Assembly: GCA_041675145.1 (NCBI GenBank)
Contig: JBAYUK010000002.1
Location: 152,530-216,529, forward strand
Reading direction: 5' to 3'
Length of the DNA stretch: 64,000 nucleotides
Origin: Patescibacteria group bacterium
GTDB lineage: Bacteria > Patescibacteriota > JACPGU01
Translations under genes and position numbers: made by a program
Shown here: positions 37,953 to 46,927 of the stretch, piece by piece
Numbering within the stretch: the first letter of the stretch is position 1
Layout: each line of letters starts with the position of its first letter
The notes under the pieces: generated by a model
What the model saw: only the letters and a program-made list of their open reading frames with translations
What the model was told of the DNA's origin: nothing
Database searches by the model: none

Positions 37953-38567
37953 ATGAGGGATGCATATACAGAAGCTGTACTCGCCTTAGGCCAACTCGCC
38001 TTACAATTCGGACGAGTTAACCGTATTACTCGCCACGAGGATGGAGTAACGCCTGAGTCGGATACGGACCATACGGTGATGATGGGGCTTGTTGCATGTT
38101 CATATGCATCTAGTTTTGCTCCACATCTAGACTTGGGAAAGGTGTCTCAGTTTGCACTCGTACATGACTTAGTAGAGGCCTATGCCGGGGATACAGCCAG
38201 TATTGGTGGTAAGTTATCTCAAGAGAAGAGGAGTCTTAAAGAGCACAAGGAACGCGAAGCGCTTGAAAGACTTGAAAAAGAGTTTTCCGGTTCCTTCCCG
38301 TGGCTTATAGATATGATTAAGCAGTACGAAGCCTTGTCGTGCCCTGAAGCGCGCTTTATAAAGGCGATAGACAAGGTCATGCCTAAAATCACCAACATCT
38401 TAAGTGGTTGTGTGGTAGTAAAACAAGAAGTCTCGGTTGAGGAGTTTGAAGAGAGACTAACAAAGCAGCGAATAGATATGTATAGCACCTATGCTAAGGA
38501 TCAGCCTGAGGCTATGGATTTGTTTGATAGCCTCACCGCTAAGATGCTACATCTTATGAAACAGTAA
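37953..38567 (+). CDS. HD-domain phosphohydrolase (5'-deoxynucleotidase-like)
   Basis: ESDTDH, VHDLVEAYAGD, KAIDK. Confidence 0.85.
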   Translation: MRDAYTEAVLALGQLALQFGRVNRITRHEDGVTPESDTDHTVMMGLVACSYASSFAPHLDLGKVSQFALVHDLVEAYAGDTASIGGKLSQEKRSLKEHKEREALERLEKEFSGSFPWLIDMIKQYEALSCPEARFIKAIDKVMPKITNILSGCVVVKQEVSVEEFEERLTKQRIDMYSTYAKDQPEAMDLFDSLTAKMLHLMKQ

Positions 38568-38583
38568 TAGAGGAGAGTCTTTT

Positions 38584-40404
38584 ATGCCATCAGCACAAGA
38601 AACAATAGATATATTCAATACAACACACACTAGTCTTCATCAAAAGTTTGAAGAACTCTTTTGGAAAGTAAAGATGGGAGAGCACGACCTATCTGATGAG
38701 CAAGACCGTGCAGAAAAAGAAAGAGATGCCTTTGCAGCCGATAGTACTAATCTTGAACAGGTTACTTCACTTCTCGGTACAGATGATCTCACAGATGAGG
38801 AAAGAAAAAGTCTTACAATCTGGAAAAACTTTTTTGAGTTATATCAAACCCCCCTTTCTTTAGTGCCATTGCGCGACAAGATTGCCCAGCTAGAATCAAA
38901 GATTGAAACAATGTTTGGAACCCGTGCAGAAGGATATATAGATCCTGGGACAAGTGGGTTTGTAGAAGCATCAGAGAATAAGATGCGCATGATAGTTCGT
39001 ACGCACGATGACGAGCTGATGCGCAAGGCGTGTTGGGTAGCAACACAGGAACTTGCAAAGCAGGCTCTACCAGATTTTATAGAACTGGTTACGTTGCGTA
39101 ACGAATATGCACAAGGCTTAGGGTTTGAAGACTTCTACTCATACAAGGTACATATCAATGAGGGAATGACAAAGCAACAGGTACGGGACCTGTTTGGAAA
39201 GATATATACCGATACTCTCACCACCTTTGAAGATATTCGTGGCTTAGAGAAAGAGAAGCCAGGTCTTAGAAGGCCATGGAACTTTGGGTATATGATGGCA
39301 GGAGACTTTACAAAAGAAGAAGATCAGTATTTTGACTTCAAAGATGCACTTATGAACTGGGGCAAGTCTTTTGCTGCCCTAGGCATAAACTACCAAGGAG
39401 GCACCCTCCAGCTCGATCTCCTAGATCGTAGAGGAAAATACAGTAATGGGTTCTGTCACTATCCAAAGCTAGTAAACTTTAATGAAGGTCCTCGTATGAG
39501 CGGTGCCGCTAACTTTACGTGTAATGTGGTGTACGGTCAGGTTGGAGCAGGTTCGACTGGAATGGAAACCCTTTTTCACGAAGGTGGACACGCAGCAGAT
39601 CGGTTGTGTAGTGAGCAAAAAGAAACATGTCTTAATTCAGAATACCCTCCAGCCTCTGTTGCATGGGCAGAGACACATAGTCAGTTTTTAGATACCATGT
39701 TCTCAAGTATTGAATGGAGGACCCGTTACGCAAAAGATAGCAGTGGTAATGCATATCCCTTTGACCTTTTTGAGAGAAAGGTTCGTCGTTTAAGAATTAT
39801 GTCTCCACATGCTCTCCATAGCATCATGATGGTAACTGAGTTTGAACAAGAAGTGTACGCAATGTCTGATATTACACAAGAGAAAGTACTGCAGCTAGCA
39901 TGCGCCATGACTAAAAAGTACTATGACTTCAGTGAAGAGTCAGTAGCGGTACTGGGAATTCCTCATATCTACTCGTGGAATAGTTCAGGGTACTATCAGG
40001 GATACGGTTTAGCGGAGCTTGCTCTGATGCAGTGGCGTAAGTATTTTTATGATAAGTACGGATACATAGTAGATAACCCAGAAGTGGGTCGTGAAATGAT
40101 TGAGGTGTGGAAGCTAGGATCTCTACATCCCTTCGCACAGTTCGTACGTATTGCAACTGGTAAAGATTTATCTCCTGATGCATTTATAGAGGATGTGACG
40201 CTTGATACTGAAGCGTATCTTATGCGCGCAAAAGAAAGAATAAAGAAAGTTCAGTCGATTCCTGAATACAACGATCCAATAAATCTCAACGCTCAGATAC
40301 AAATGGTGCATGGAAAAGAGTTAGTAGCGGATAACAAAAAGAGCTTTGAGGATATGGCAAAAGCGTATGCGAGTTGGCTTGAAACGCAGCGTCAGGATTC
40401 GTAG
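38584..40404 (+). CDS. M3-family oligoendopeptidase
   Basis: TLFHEGGH, WAETHS, R.GKYSNGFC. Confidence 0.8.
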   Translation: MPSAQETIDIFNTTHTSLHQKFEELFWKVKMGEHDLSDEQDRAEKERDAFAADSTNLEQVTSLLGTDDLTDEERKSLTIWKNFFELYQTPLSLVPLRDKIAQLESKIETMFGTRAEGYIDPGTSGFVEASENKMRMIVRTHDDELMRKACWVATQELAKQALPDFIELVTLRNEYAQGLGFEDFYSYKVHINEGMTKQQVRDLFGKIYTDTLTTFEDIRGLEKEKPGLRRPWNFGYMMAGDFTKEEDQYFDFKDALMNWGKSFAALGINYQGGTLQLDLLDRRGKYSNGFCHYPKLVNFNEGPRMSGAANFTCNVVYGQVGAGSTGMETLFHEGGHAADRLCSEQKETCLNSEYPPASVAWAETHSQFLDTMFSSIEWRTRYAKDSSGNAYPFDLFERKVRRLRIMSPHALHSIMMVTEFEQEVYAMSDITQEKVLQLACAMTKKYYDFSEESVAVLGIPHIYSWNSSGYYQGYGLAELALMQWRKYFYDKYGYIVDNPEVGREMIEVWKLGSLHPFAQFVRIATGKDLSPDAFIEDVTLDTEAYLMRAKERIKKVQSIPEYNDPINLNAQIQMVHGKELVADNKKSFEDMAKAYASWLETQRQDS

Positions 40405-40540
40405 TGGGGAATGTTCTCCAGAAGGGTTTTTTGACTTACCGTTTAGCTACCAGGTATAATACAGGTAATACAACTAATTCTGTGGATAACTTCACAGATG
40501 CATTCTCTGGCTTCGGCTCGAGAAAGCGGGAGGTTACAAG

Positions 40541-40756
40541 ATGAGCTTTACAGTTGTGAGCAAGAAAAGTGGTAAGACATATTACCTACATGGTAAGGAT
40601 GTAGAACTAAAGGGTGCGAAAGGCCGCAAGCAGCGCATTCACTGGTTCTCAGGTAAGGACAAGTTGAATCCTGAAAATGCACTTGATGCAATGCCAGAAG
40701 GATACAAGGTTATTGAAAACCCTAAGACCGGTTTGCCAATGTTGAAAAAGGCATAA
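40541..40756 (+). CDS. Small basic hypothetical protein
   Basis: SD GGGAGG; promoter TTGACT/TATAAT upstream; terminator downstream. Confidence 0.65.
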   Translation: MSFTVVSKKSGKTYYLHGKDVELKGAKGRKQRIHWFSGKDKLNPENALDAMPEGYKVIENPKTGLPMLKKA

Positions 40757-40770
40757 TCGTTTCAAAATAT

Positions 40771-40806
40771 CATAGAAAAGACCCCAGTGATGGGGTTTTT
40801 TCTATG
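40771..40806 (+). terminator. Intrinsic terminator
   Basis: CATAGAAAAGACCCCA-gtga-TGGGG followed by T run and CTATG. Confidence 0.7.
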
Positions 40807-40824
40807 ATATGGTAAAATGAGTAT

Positions 40825-41547
40825 ATGAAACTCAAAAGATCCCACTACCGCTTTTTTATCGATCCTACTGGCATAAGCCCTCAAGGAGAGGTAGTAATTA
40901 CCGATGAAGGTATTATTCGCCAGATAACTAAAGTTTTTCGCTTGCATGTTGGTGATCTGGCAGTAGTGTTGGATAACACAGGGTATGAATATGAGGTTGA
41001 GCTTACAAAGATCTCTCGTGACCAGGTAGTAGGTAAGGTTATTAGTACAGTACAAGAGGAGTTGGGGAGTACAAGACAAGTGATCCTGTTCTTTCCGGTA
41101 TTGAAGCCAGGTAGAGTAGAGTTTCTTCTAGAAAAGGCAACAGAGCTGGGAGTAACCCAACTGATTCCGGTTATATATGAGAAGAGTATTAAGAAAGAAC
41201 ACTTCAAGATGGATCGTTGGAAGAAGATTATTCTCGAAGCAGCCGAGCAGTCTCACCGCAGATTCCTGCCCATACTAGAGAGCCCCGTGGATCTTACTTC
41301 TGCACTCCAGCGAGTTCAGGGGGATGTATTGGTAGCTGACGAAAAAGCTAGAGAGGATAGTACAAAGATACCACAACGAACTGGTGTATCCTCGGTATCA
41401 TTACTTATAGGCCCTGAGGGAGGCTTTAGTGATGCCGAGAGGGATATTTTTAGAGACAAGGGGTACCAGTTCATCTCCCTGAGTGAAAACGTTCTCAGGG
41501 CAGAAACAGCTGCTATCCTGGCAGTTGGAAAAGTATTGTTGGTATGA
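40825..41547 (+). CDS. rsmE: 16S rRNA m3U1498 methyltransferase
   Basis: EKATELGV, EAAEQS, IGPEGGFS, LRAETA. Confidence 0.93.
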   Translation: MKLKRSHYRFFIDPTGISPQGEVVITDEGIIRQITKVFRLHVGDLAVVLDNTGYEYEVELTKISRDQVVGKVISTVQEELGSTRQVILFFPVLKPGRVEFLLEKATELGVTQLIPVIYEKSIKKEHFKMDRWKKIILEAAEQSHRRFLPILESPVDLTSALQRVQGDVLVADEKAREDSTKIPQRTGVSSVSLLIGPEGGFSDAERDIFRDKGYQFISLSENVLRAETAAILAVGKVLLV

Positions 41548-41731
41548 TAGGATACTTTCACGCTGGTACAAACACGGGATGGATAGGCTTTATACGTAGG
41601 GAACAGAATACAAGAAACAGTGTATTTTGGTTAGGAAATATATATAGATTCTTAAGTATTCTTGTTTTTTACTCGTAAAAAGTATAGAATATATCAGTAC
41701 CGATTGTATTAGAGCACGAAGTACCTAGTAC

Positions 41732-41803
41732 GGTCTCATCGTCTAGTGGTTAGGACAACAGGTTCTCATCCTGTAAACAGGGGTTCGATTCCCCTTGAGA
41801 CTA
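41732..41803 (+). tRNA. tRNA-Glu (CTC)
   Basis: Acceptor GGTCTCA/TGAGACT; anticodon arm ACAGG-TTCTCAT-CCTGT; GGTTCGATTCC. Confidence 0.95.
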
Positions 41804-41819
41804 TAGTTTTTTTAGATCT

Positions 41820-41846
41820 ATAAAACCCGCATCAGGCGGGTTTTAT
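41820..41846 (+). terminator. Terminator after tRNA-Glu
   Basis: ATAAAACCCGC-atcag-GCGGGTTTTAT. Confidence 0.7.
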
Positions 41847-41915
41847 GATGATTTTGCAAGAGTGACTGAGGATGCTTTTTTATGAGACAATAGGGACAAT
41901 AAAAGGAGTTGCAAT

Positions 41916-43580
41916 ATGCGTTTTATTCTCCACCGTGCATTAATGGTCGTGTGTGTATTCCTTGCGGTTTTTTCCGTACTTACTATTCCTATGCGTGCTG
42001 AGACTAAGACTACCGACGGAAGGTTTGGGATAAATAGTTTTGTATTTAATAGGTATGAATGGCAGAAATGGGATCAGCCAACAAGTGAAATACAAGAACT
42101 TGGCGTTTCCTGGGTGCGCGAGGAGTTTGTCTGGGGGCAGATCGAACCAGAAAAAGATAACCTTAACTGGGACTTTTATGACAACGCTTTCAACTCGTTA
42201 TCTAAAAGTAATGTAAAAGTTTTGGGAATTATAGACTATAGTGCTCCGTGGGCGACTAGTAATCCAGGTTTAGATCAGGCAGATAAATACATGCCAGACT
42301 TAGCCCAGTGGGAGAAGTATGTTTCTCGGGTTGTGGAACGGTACGGAGAGAGGGTGGATGCATGGCAGATTTGGAATGAACCAAATATACCGACCTTTTT
42401 TAAGCCACAGCCAAATATAGATCAGTATATAAGTATATTAAGAACAGCAAGCAGTGTTGTACGAGAGAAGGACCCTAACGCGCAGATACTCGTAGCTGGT
42501 ATGTCCGGAGTCGATGTTGGATACCTAGAAATTATGAAAAGCAAAGGAACTGAAGAGCTTTTTGATGTCGTAGCAGTTCACCCCTACCAGGTTTTTCGTT
42601 CTATTCCTGAGGATGGAGCGTATTTGCGTGACCTATCTCATGCCCAGCAACTTGGAGATCTATACAATAAGCCAGTATGGATCACCGAGATTGGCTGGCC
42701 AACCGACAGGCAGGTTGGGGTAGATGAGAAAACTCAGGCTCAGTATCTTGTTCGTTCTCAGTTACTTGCCTATAAGTTTCCTCGAATAGAGAAGGTTTTT
42801 TGGTATGACCTAAGAAACGATGGGACTGATCCAATGGATCGGGAGAATAACTTTGGTCTCATCCGCGCTGATTTTACCCCAAAGCTTGCGTTTACTGCAT
42901 ATAAGAGTCTTATCTCTGTTCTTTCAGGAGCTACATTTGTGAGAGACCAGTCAGACCCTTCAAATAGGTCATATGACTTGGTCTATAAAAAAGGGAGTGA
43001 ATTTATTCGGGTTATATGGAAATCGACAAACGATGGAGTCGCTGAAATTAGTGGCGATAACGATATTAGTATAGTGAGTATGACCGGTGAAAAAAGTCTT
43101 TTAAGACAGAGTAAGGATAACCGGTACATTGCTCTGAGTAACTCTCCATTATATTTATTTTCTAAAAATGAAATTCTTGATGCAGATACAAGAGGAGATA
43201 GATATGATTATGAATTCATAGATCAGTCTGCACATATCTCGGCAATCCAAGGGGGAAGTTATCCTGTGTGGGTTACCCTACGCAATACCGGTAATACGAT
43301 TTGGTCCAAAGACGGGAGTGGTCCGCATGTGATGCTTGGTACGTGCCGTAATATCGATCGTCATTCTTCGTTTCATACTGCAGGTAAATGGATTGGTGCA
43401 AATAGACCCGCAGAGCCTGAGCAGGACATGGTACTTCCGGGCGGTATGGCAACCTTCCGTTTTGATTTAGATACAAAGATGGTAAGCTCAGGTGAGTACC
43501 GGGAGTACTTCTGTCCATTAGTTGAAAGCGTTACATGGATGAAGGATGTAGGAATATATTGGGATATTAATATTCGGTAG
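41916..43580 (+). CDS. Secreted clan GH-A glycoside hydrolase (GH5/GH39-like) with C-terminal Ig-like domain
   Basis: Signal peptide, WNEPN, VHPY, WITEIGW, ENNFGL. Confidence 0.8.
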   Translation: MRFILHRALMVVCVFLAVFSVLTIPMRAETKTTDGRFGINSFVFNRYEWQKWDQPTSEIQELGVSWVREEFVWGQIEPEKDNLNWDFYDNAFNSLSKSNVKVLGIIDYSAPWATSNPGLDQADKYMPDLAQWEKYVSRVVERYGERVDAWQIWNEPNIPTFFKPQPNIDQYISILRTASSVVREKDPNAQILVAGMSGVDVGYLEIMKSKGTEELFDVVAVHPYQVFRSIPEDGAYLRDLSHAQQLGDLYNKPVWITEIGWPTDRQVGVDEKTQAQYLVRSQLLAYKFPRIEKVFWYDLRNDGTDPMDRENNFGLIRADFTPKLAFTAYKSLISVLSGATFVRDQSDPSNRSYDLVYKKGSEFIRVIWKSTNDGVAEISGDNDISIVSMTGEKSLLRQSKDNRYIALSNSPLYLFSKNEILDADTRGDRYDYEFIDQSAHISAIQGGSYPVWVTLRNTGNTIWSKDGSGPHVMLGTCRNIDRHSSFHTAGKWIGANRPAEPEQDMVLPGGMATFRFDLDTKMVSSGEYREYFCPLVESVTWMKDVGIYWDINIR

Positions 43581-43584
43581 TAGT

Positions 43585-45084
43585 ATGTCTTTATACAGAG
43601 ATTATCGACCACAAAACTTTAACGACATCATAGGACAAGAGACTGTTGTTCAGGTTTTGCGTGGTGCGCTTTCGCTAAACAATATCGGACATGCATATAT
43701 TTTTGCTGGTCCTCGTGGTACTGGAAAGACCTCGCTCGCTCGTGTATTTGCTAAGGCAGTTAACTGTTTGGCAGAAGGAGAAAGGCCATGTGGAGTTTGT
43801 ACTGTTTGTCAGCAGGTGACATCAGGCAGCTTCTTGGACTTGATAGAGATTGATGCTGCGAGTAACCGTGGAATTGATCAGATTCGAGACCTAAAAGAAA
43901 AAGTGCAGTTTATGCCTACCAGTGGACGATACAAGGTGTATATCATCGATGAGGCACATATGTTAACCAAAGATGCTTTTAATGCTCTTCTCAAGACCCT
44001 TGAAGAGCCCCCAGCGCATGTCATCTTTATACTTGCAACAACTGAGACTCATAAGATACCGATAACTATTCTATCTCGTTGTCAGAGGTTGGATTTTTAC
44101 CGCATCGATAGAGAAGCCGTCCTCAACGCTTTAATGGTGATTTGCGAGAAGGAAAATATTCAGTATGAAGCCTCAGCTCTTCATCGTATTATCACAATAG
44201 GCGAGGGATCGATGCGAGATACCTTATCATACCTTGATCAGATACGATCGTTCTTGGGCAGTGGGGTGATAACTGATGAATCAGTTTCTCGAGCTTTAGG
44301 ACTCTCGTCTTCTGAATATATTGAGCAGCTACTGATCAGTATCTTCAAGTCAGACTATAAAGCGGCAGTCACAATAACAGAATCTTTGTACTCGAAAGGA
44401 ACCGACTTCGAGTTCTTTTTGAAGGAAGTAATCTTGTTCTTACATGACACGCTTGTGCTTAGTTTTTCCAAGAAGAACGAAAACAAATCAAATCTTGAAG
44501 TGGTATTAGAGTCAGTTGACCAAAAGAGAGTCGGAGAAGTTTTACACATCCTCACTGATGGAATTAAGATGGTGCGCAATGTGTTACTACCTCATGTGGC
44601 GTTGATGGTTATCGTTTTTGACTGCATCAATACTATGCAACCAATCTTAGCAGGGAAAATAAATGACACCCCTCAAGCATCAAGTAGCCCACTACCCACT
44701 CCTTTACAGGATGGTACTGTGAAGGAAGTACCTATTCCTCCTGCAAAAAAAGAAGTGGTACCAGAGAAGAACGATTCAGGTCAGGGTGATTTCTGGAGGA
44801 GGTTTCAGGATGAAGTAAAAACTCAAAGGCTGTCTATGGGACTTGCTTTGCAAGATGCTCGATATGTCCAGGAAAACGACCAGCTTACGATTTATATAAC
44901 GAATCCGTTTTTACTTAAGCAGTTATCTGATACGAAGAACTCAGTGTTCTTAAGTGAAGTGGCTAGTGCAGTTATGGGTAAGAAACTGACTATTGTAGTA
45001 GAGAAAGATTCAGTTGCGCCACAAAAAAAAGAGCTTATAGATGAGGCACTTGAGGTCTTTGGTGACGGAGAGATTATTGACTAA
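43585..45084 (+). CDS. dnaX: DNA polymerase III gamma/tau
   Basis: YRPQNF, GPRGTGKT, EIDAASNRG, IIDEAHML, SRCQ. Confidence 0.96.
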   Translation: MSLYRDYRPQNFNDIIGQETVVQVLRGALSLNNIGHAYIFAGPRGTGKTSLARVFAKAVNCLAEGERPCGVCTVCQQVTSGSFLDLIEIDAASNRGIDQIRDLKEKVQFMPTSGRYKVYIIDEAHMLTKDAFNALLKTLEEPPAHVIFILATTETHKIPITILSRCQRLDFYRIDREAVLNALMVICEKENIQYEASALHRIITIGEGSMRDTLSYLDQIRSFLGSGVITDESVSRALGLSSSEYIEQLLISIFKSDYKAAVTITESLYSKGTDFEFFLKEVILFLHDTLVLSFSKKNENKSNLEVVLESVDQKRVGEVLHILTDGIKMVRNVLLPHVALMVIVFDCINTMQPILAGKINDTPQASSSPLPTPLQDGTVKEVPIPPAKKEVVPEKNDSGQGDFWRRFQDEVKTQRLSMGLALQDARYVQENDQLTIYITNPFLLKQLSDTKNSVFLSEVASAVMGKKLTIVVEKDSVAPQKKELIDEALEVFGDGEIID

Positions 45085-45094
45085 AGGTAATGTT

Positions 45095-46462
45095 ATGAAA
45101 AAGACGCAAGACACTGTACAGAAGAGTTTGGATAAGATACTACCTCACAATAGTGAAGCTGAAGAGGCTATGATAGGATCACTATTCATAGATAACGAAG
45201 CGATCTTAAAGGTAGTAGACTATGTGAGCTCAGACGACTTCTATAGTCCTGCAAATGCTGCTGTATACCAGTCAATTAGTAATCTCTTCCAACAAAAAAG
45301 CCCAATAGACCTTGTGACGGTTAGTGAGGAACTGGAAAGACAAGGCCTGCTCGAAACTATAGGTGGCGCTTTGTATTTGTCGCGTCTCGTAAACTCTGTA
45401 CCCACAGCCTCTCATGTTCTTCAGTACGCAACAATTGTGAAAGAAAAGAAAACCTTAAGAGACTTAATTGTAGTGGCACAAGACATCTCGGCTCTTGGGT
45501 ACGCAGAATCTGAGAAAATAGATGTTATCCTGGACCATGCGGAGCAGTCACTGCTTGGTATTGGACATAAGAGCCTAAAACAGAATTTCGTTGCGCTAAG
45601 AAGTATGTTAACCGATACATTTGACCGTATAGATCACCTTCATCGTAATCGAGGACAACTCAGAGGAGTACCAACCGGCTTTCATGAACTAGACTTCTTA
45701 CTTGGTGGACTACAAAAGAGTGACTTGGTTATTCTTGCAGCACGTCCATCAATGGGAAAAACAAGTTTTGCTCTTAACCTTGCTCTTAACGCCGCTACGA
45801 AGCATAAGATTGGTGTGGCTATCTTCTCTCTGGAAATGAGTCGAGATCAGCTTGCGGATCGTTTACTGTCCTCGACTTCTGGTGTAGACGCATGGAAGTT
45901 GCGTACGGGAAACCTCTATGAAGACGACTTTGCAAAGATCGGCGAGGCGATGGCGGTTCTCGATGAAGCTCCGGTATATATAGATGACTCGGCTAATATT
46001 ACGGTTATGGAGATGCGAGCGAAAGCAAGAAGACTGAAGTCTGAGCATGGACTTGGGTTGATTGTTATCGACTACCTTCAGTTGATGGGAGGTAATAGCG
46101 AAAACCGTGTTCAAGAAATATCTGAGATCTCTCGTTCTCTTAAAGGACTTGCTCGTGAGTTAGATGTCCCAGTAATTGCATTATCTCAGCTGAACCGTGC
46201 ACTAGAAATGCGTCCAGATAAAAGGCCACAGCTTTCAGACCTTAGAGAATCAGGTTCGATCGAGCAAGACGCCGATGTTGTCGTCTTTATCTACCGTGAA
46301 GAATATTATGATAAGGATACAGATCGTAAGAATATTGCAGAAATATTAGTGAGAAAACACCGTAATGGACCTATTGGCTCTGTTGATCTATTCTTCATTG
46401 GAGGTCAGATGAAGTTTGTGGATCTTGAGAAAAAGCGGGTTGAGTCTAACTCTGTTTTCTAG
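45095..46462 (+). CDS. dnaB: Replicative DNA helicase
   Basis: AARPSMGKT, FSLEMS, IDYLQLM, DLRESGSIEQDAD; start taken at MKKTQ. Confidence 0.97.
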   Translation: MKKTQDTVQKSLDKILPHNSEAEEAMIGSLFIDNEAILKVVDYVSSDDFYSPANAAVYQSISNLFQQKSPIDLVTVSEELERQGLLETIGGALYLSRLVNSVPTASHVLQYATIVKEKKTLRDLIVVAQDISALGYAESEKIDVILDHAEQSLLGIGHKSLKQNFVALRSMLTDTFDRIDHLHRNRGQLRGVPTGFHELDFLLGGLQKSDLVILAARPSMGKTSFALNLALNAATKHKIGVAIFSLEMSRDQLADRLLSSTSGVDAWKLRTGNLYEDDFAKIGEAMAVLDEAPVYIDDSANITVMEMRAKARRLKSEHGLGLIVIDYLQLMGGNSENRVQEISEISRSLKGLARELDVPVIALSQLNRALEMRPDKRPQLSDLRESGSIEQDADVVVFIYREEYYDKDTDRKNIAEILVRKHRNGPIGSVDLFFIGGQMKFVDLEKKRVESNSVF

Positions 46463-46474
46463 GACAATACATAG

Positions 46475-46927
46475 ATGACTGATACAAAAAAAGTTTTTAC
46501 AAAAGATAGTTTATTTCGGCAGGTAATACTGTTCTTTGGAGTTGGTGTTATTAATACAGCAATTGATTTTTTTATTCTCAATGTTTTAACATACAGTACA
46601 CAAATTCACCAAGGTATTTGGTTTTCAGTATTTAAGGCTATTTCTTTCTCTGCGGCTACTGCAAATAGTTACATCATGAATAGTAGGTTTACATTCTCGG
46701 TAGAAAAGGAGAGAGCAGTAAAAGATGTGCCCGCTTTCTTGTTGGCGAGCATGGTAGGCCTTCTTCTTAATGTCTCAGTAGCAAGTGTTATTGTGCATTA
46801 CTGTAACGCACTACTTCCTGAAATGAGTGGACAGCTCGTAATAAACATCGGGGGTCTTGCTGGTACTGCAACGAGTTTGGTTTGGAATTTCGTGAGCTAT
46901 AAGTATCTCGTATTCAAAAAGAAATGA
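46475..46927 (+). CDS. GtrA-family flippase
   Basis: VGVINTAIDF, NSYIMN..FTF, WNF. Confidence 0.85.
   Translation: MTDTKKVFTKDSLFRQVILFFGVGVINTAIDFFILNVLTYSTQIHQGIWFSVFKAISFSAATANSYIMNSRFTFSVEKERAVKDVPAFLLASMVGLLLNVSVASVIVHYCNALLPEMSGQLVINIGGLAGTATSLVWNFVSYKYLVFKKK

Noticed and set aside
40481-40489. Perfect DnaA box TGTGGATAA as oriC
   Set aside because: Single box inside a hairpin in a 5' leader; no box cluster or dnaA nearby.
41820-41846. tRNA-Glu terminator as another type-B cassette hairpin
   Set aside because: Arms differ (CCCGC vs CACGC), there is no following -10 and no upstream junction sequence.
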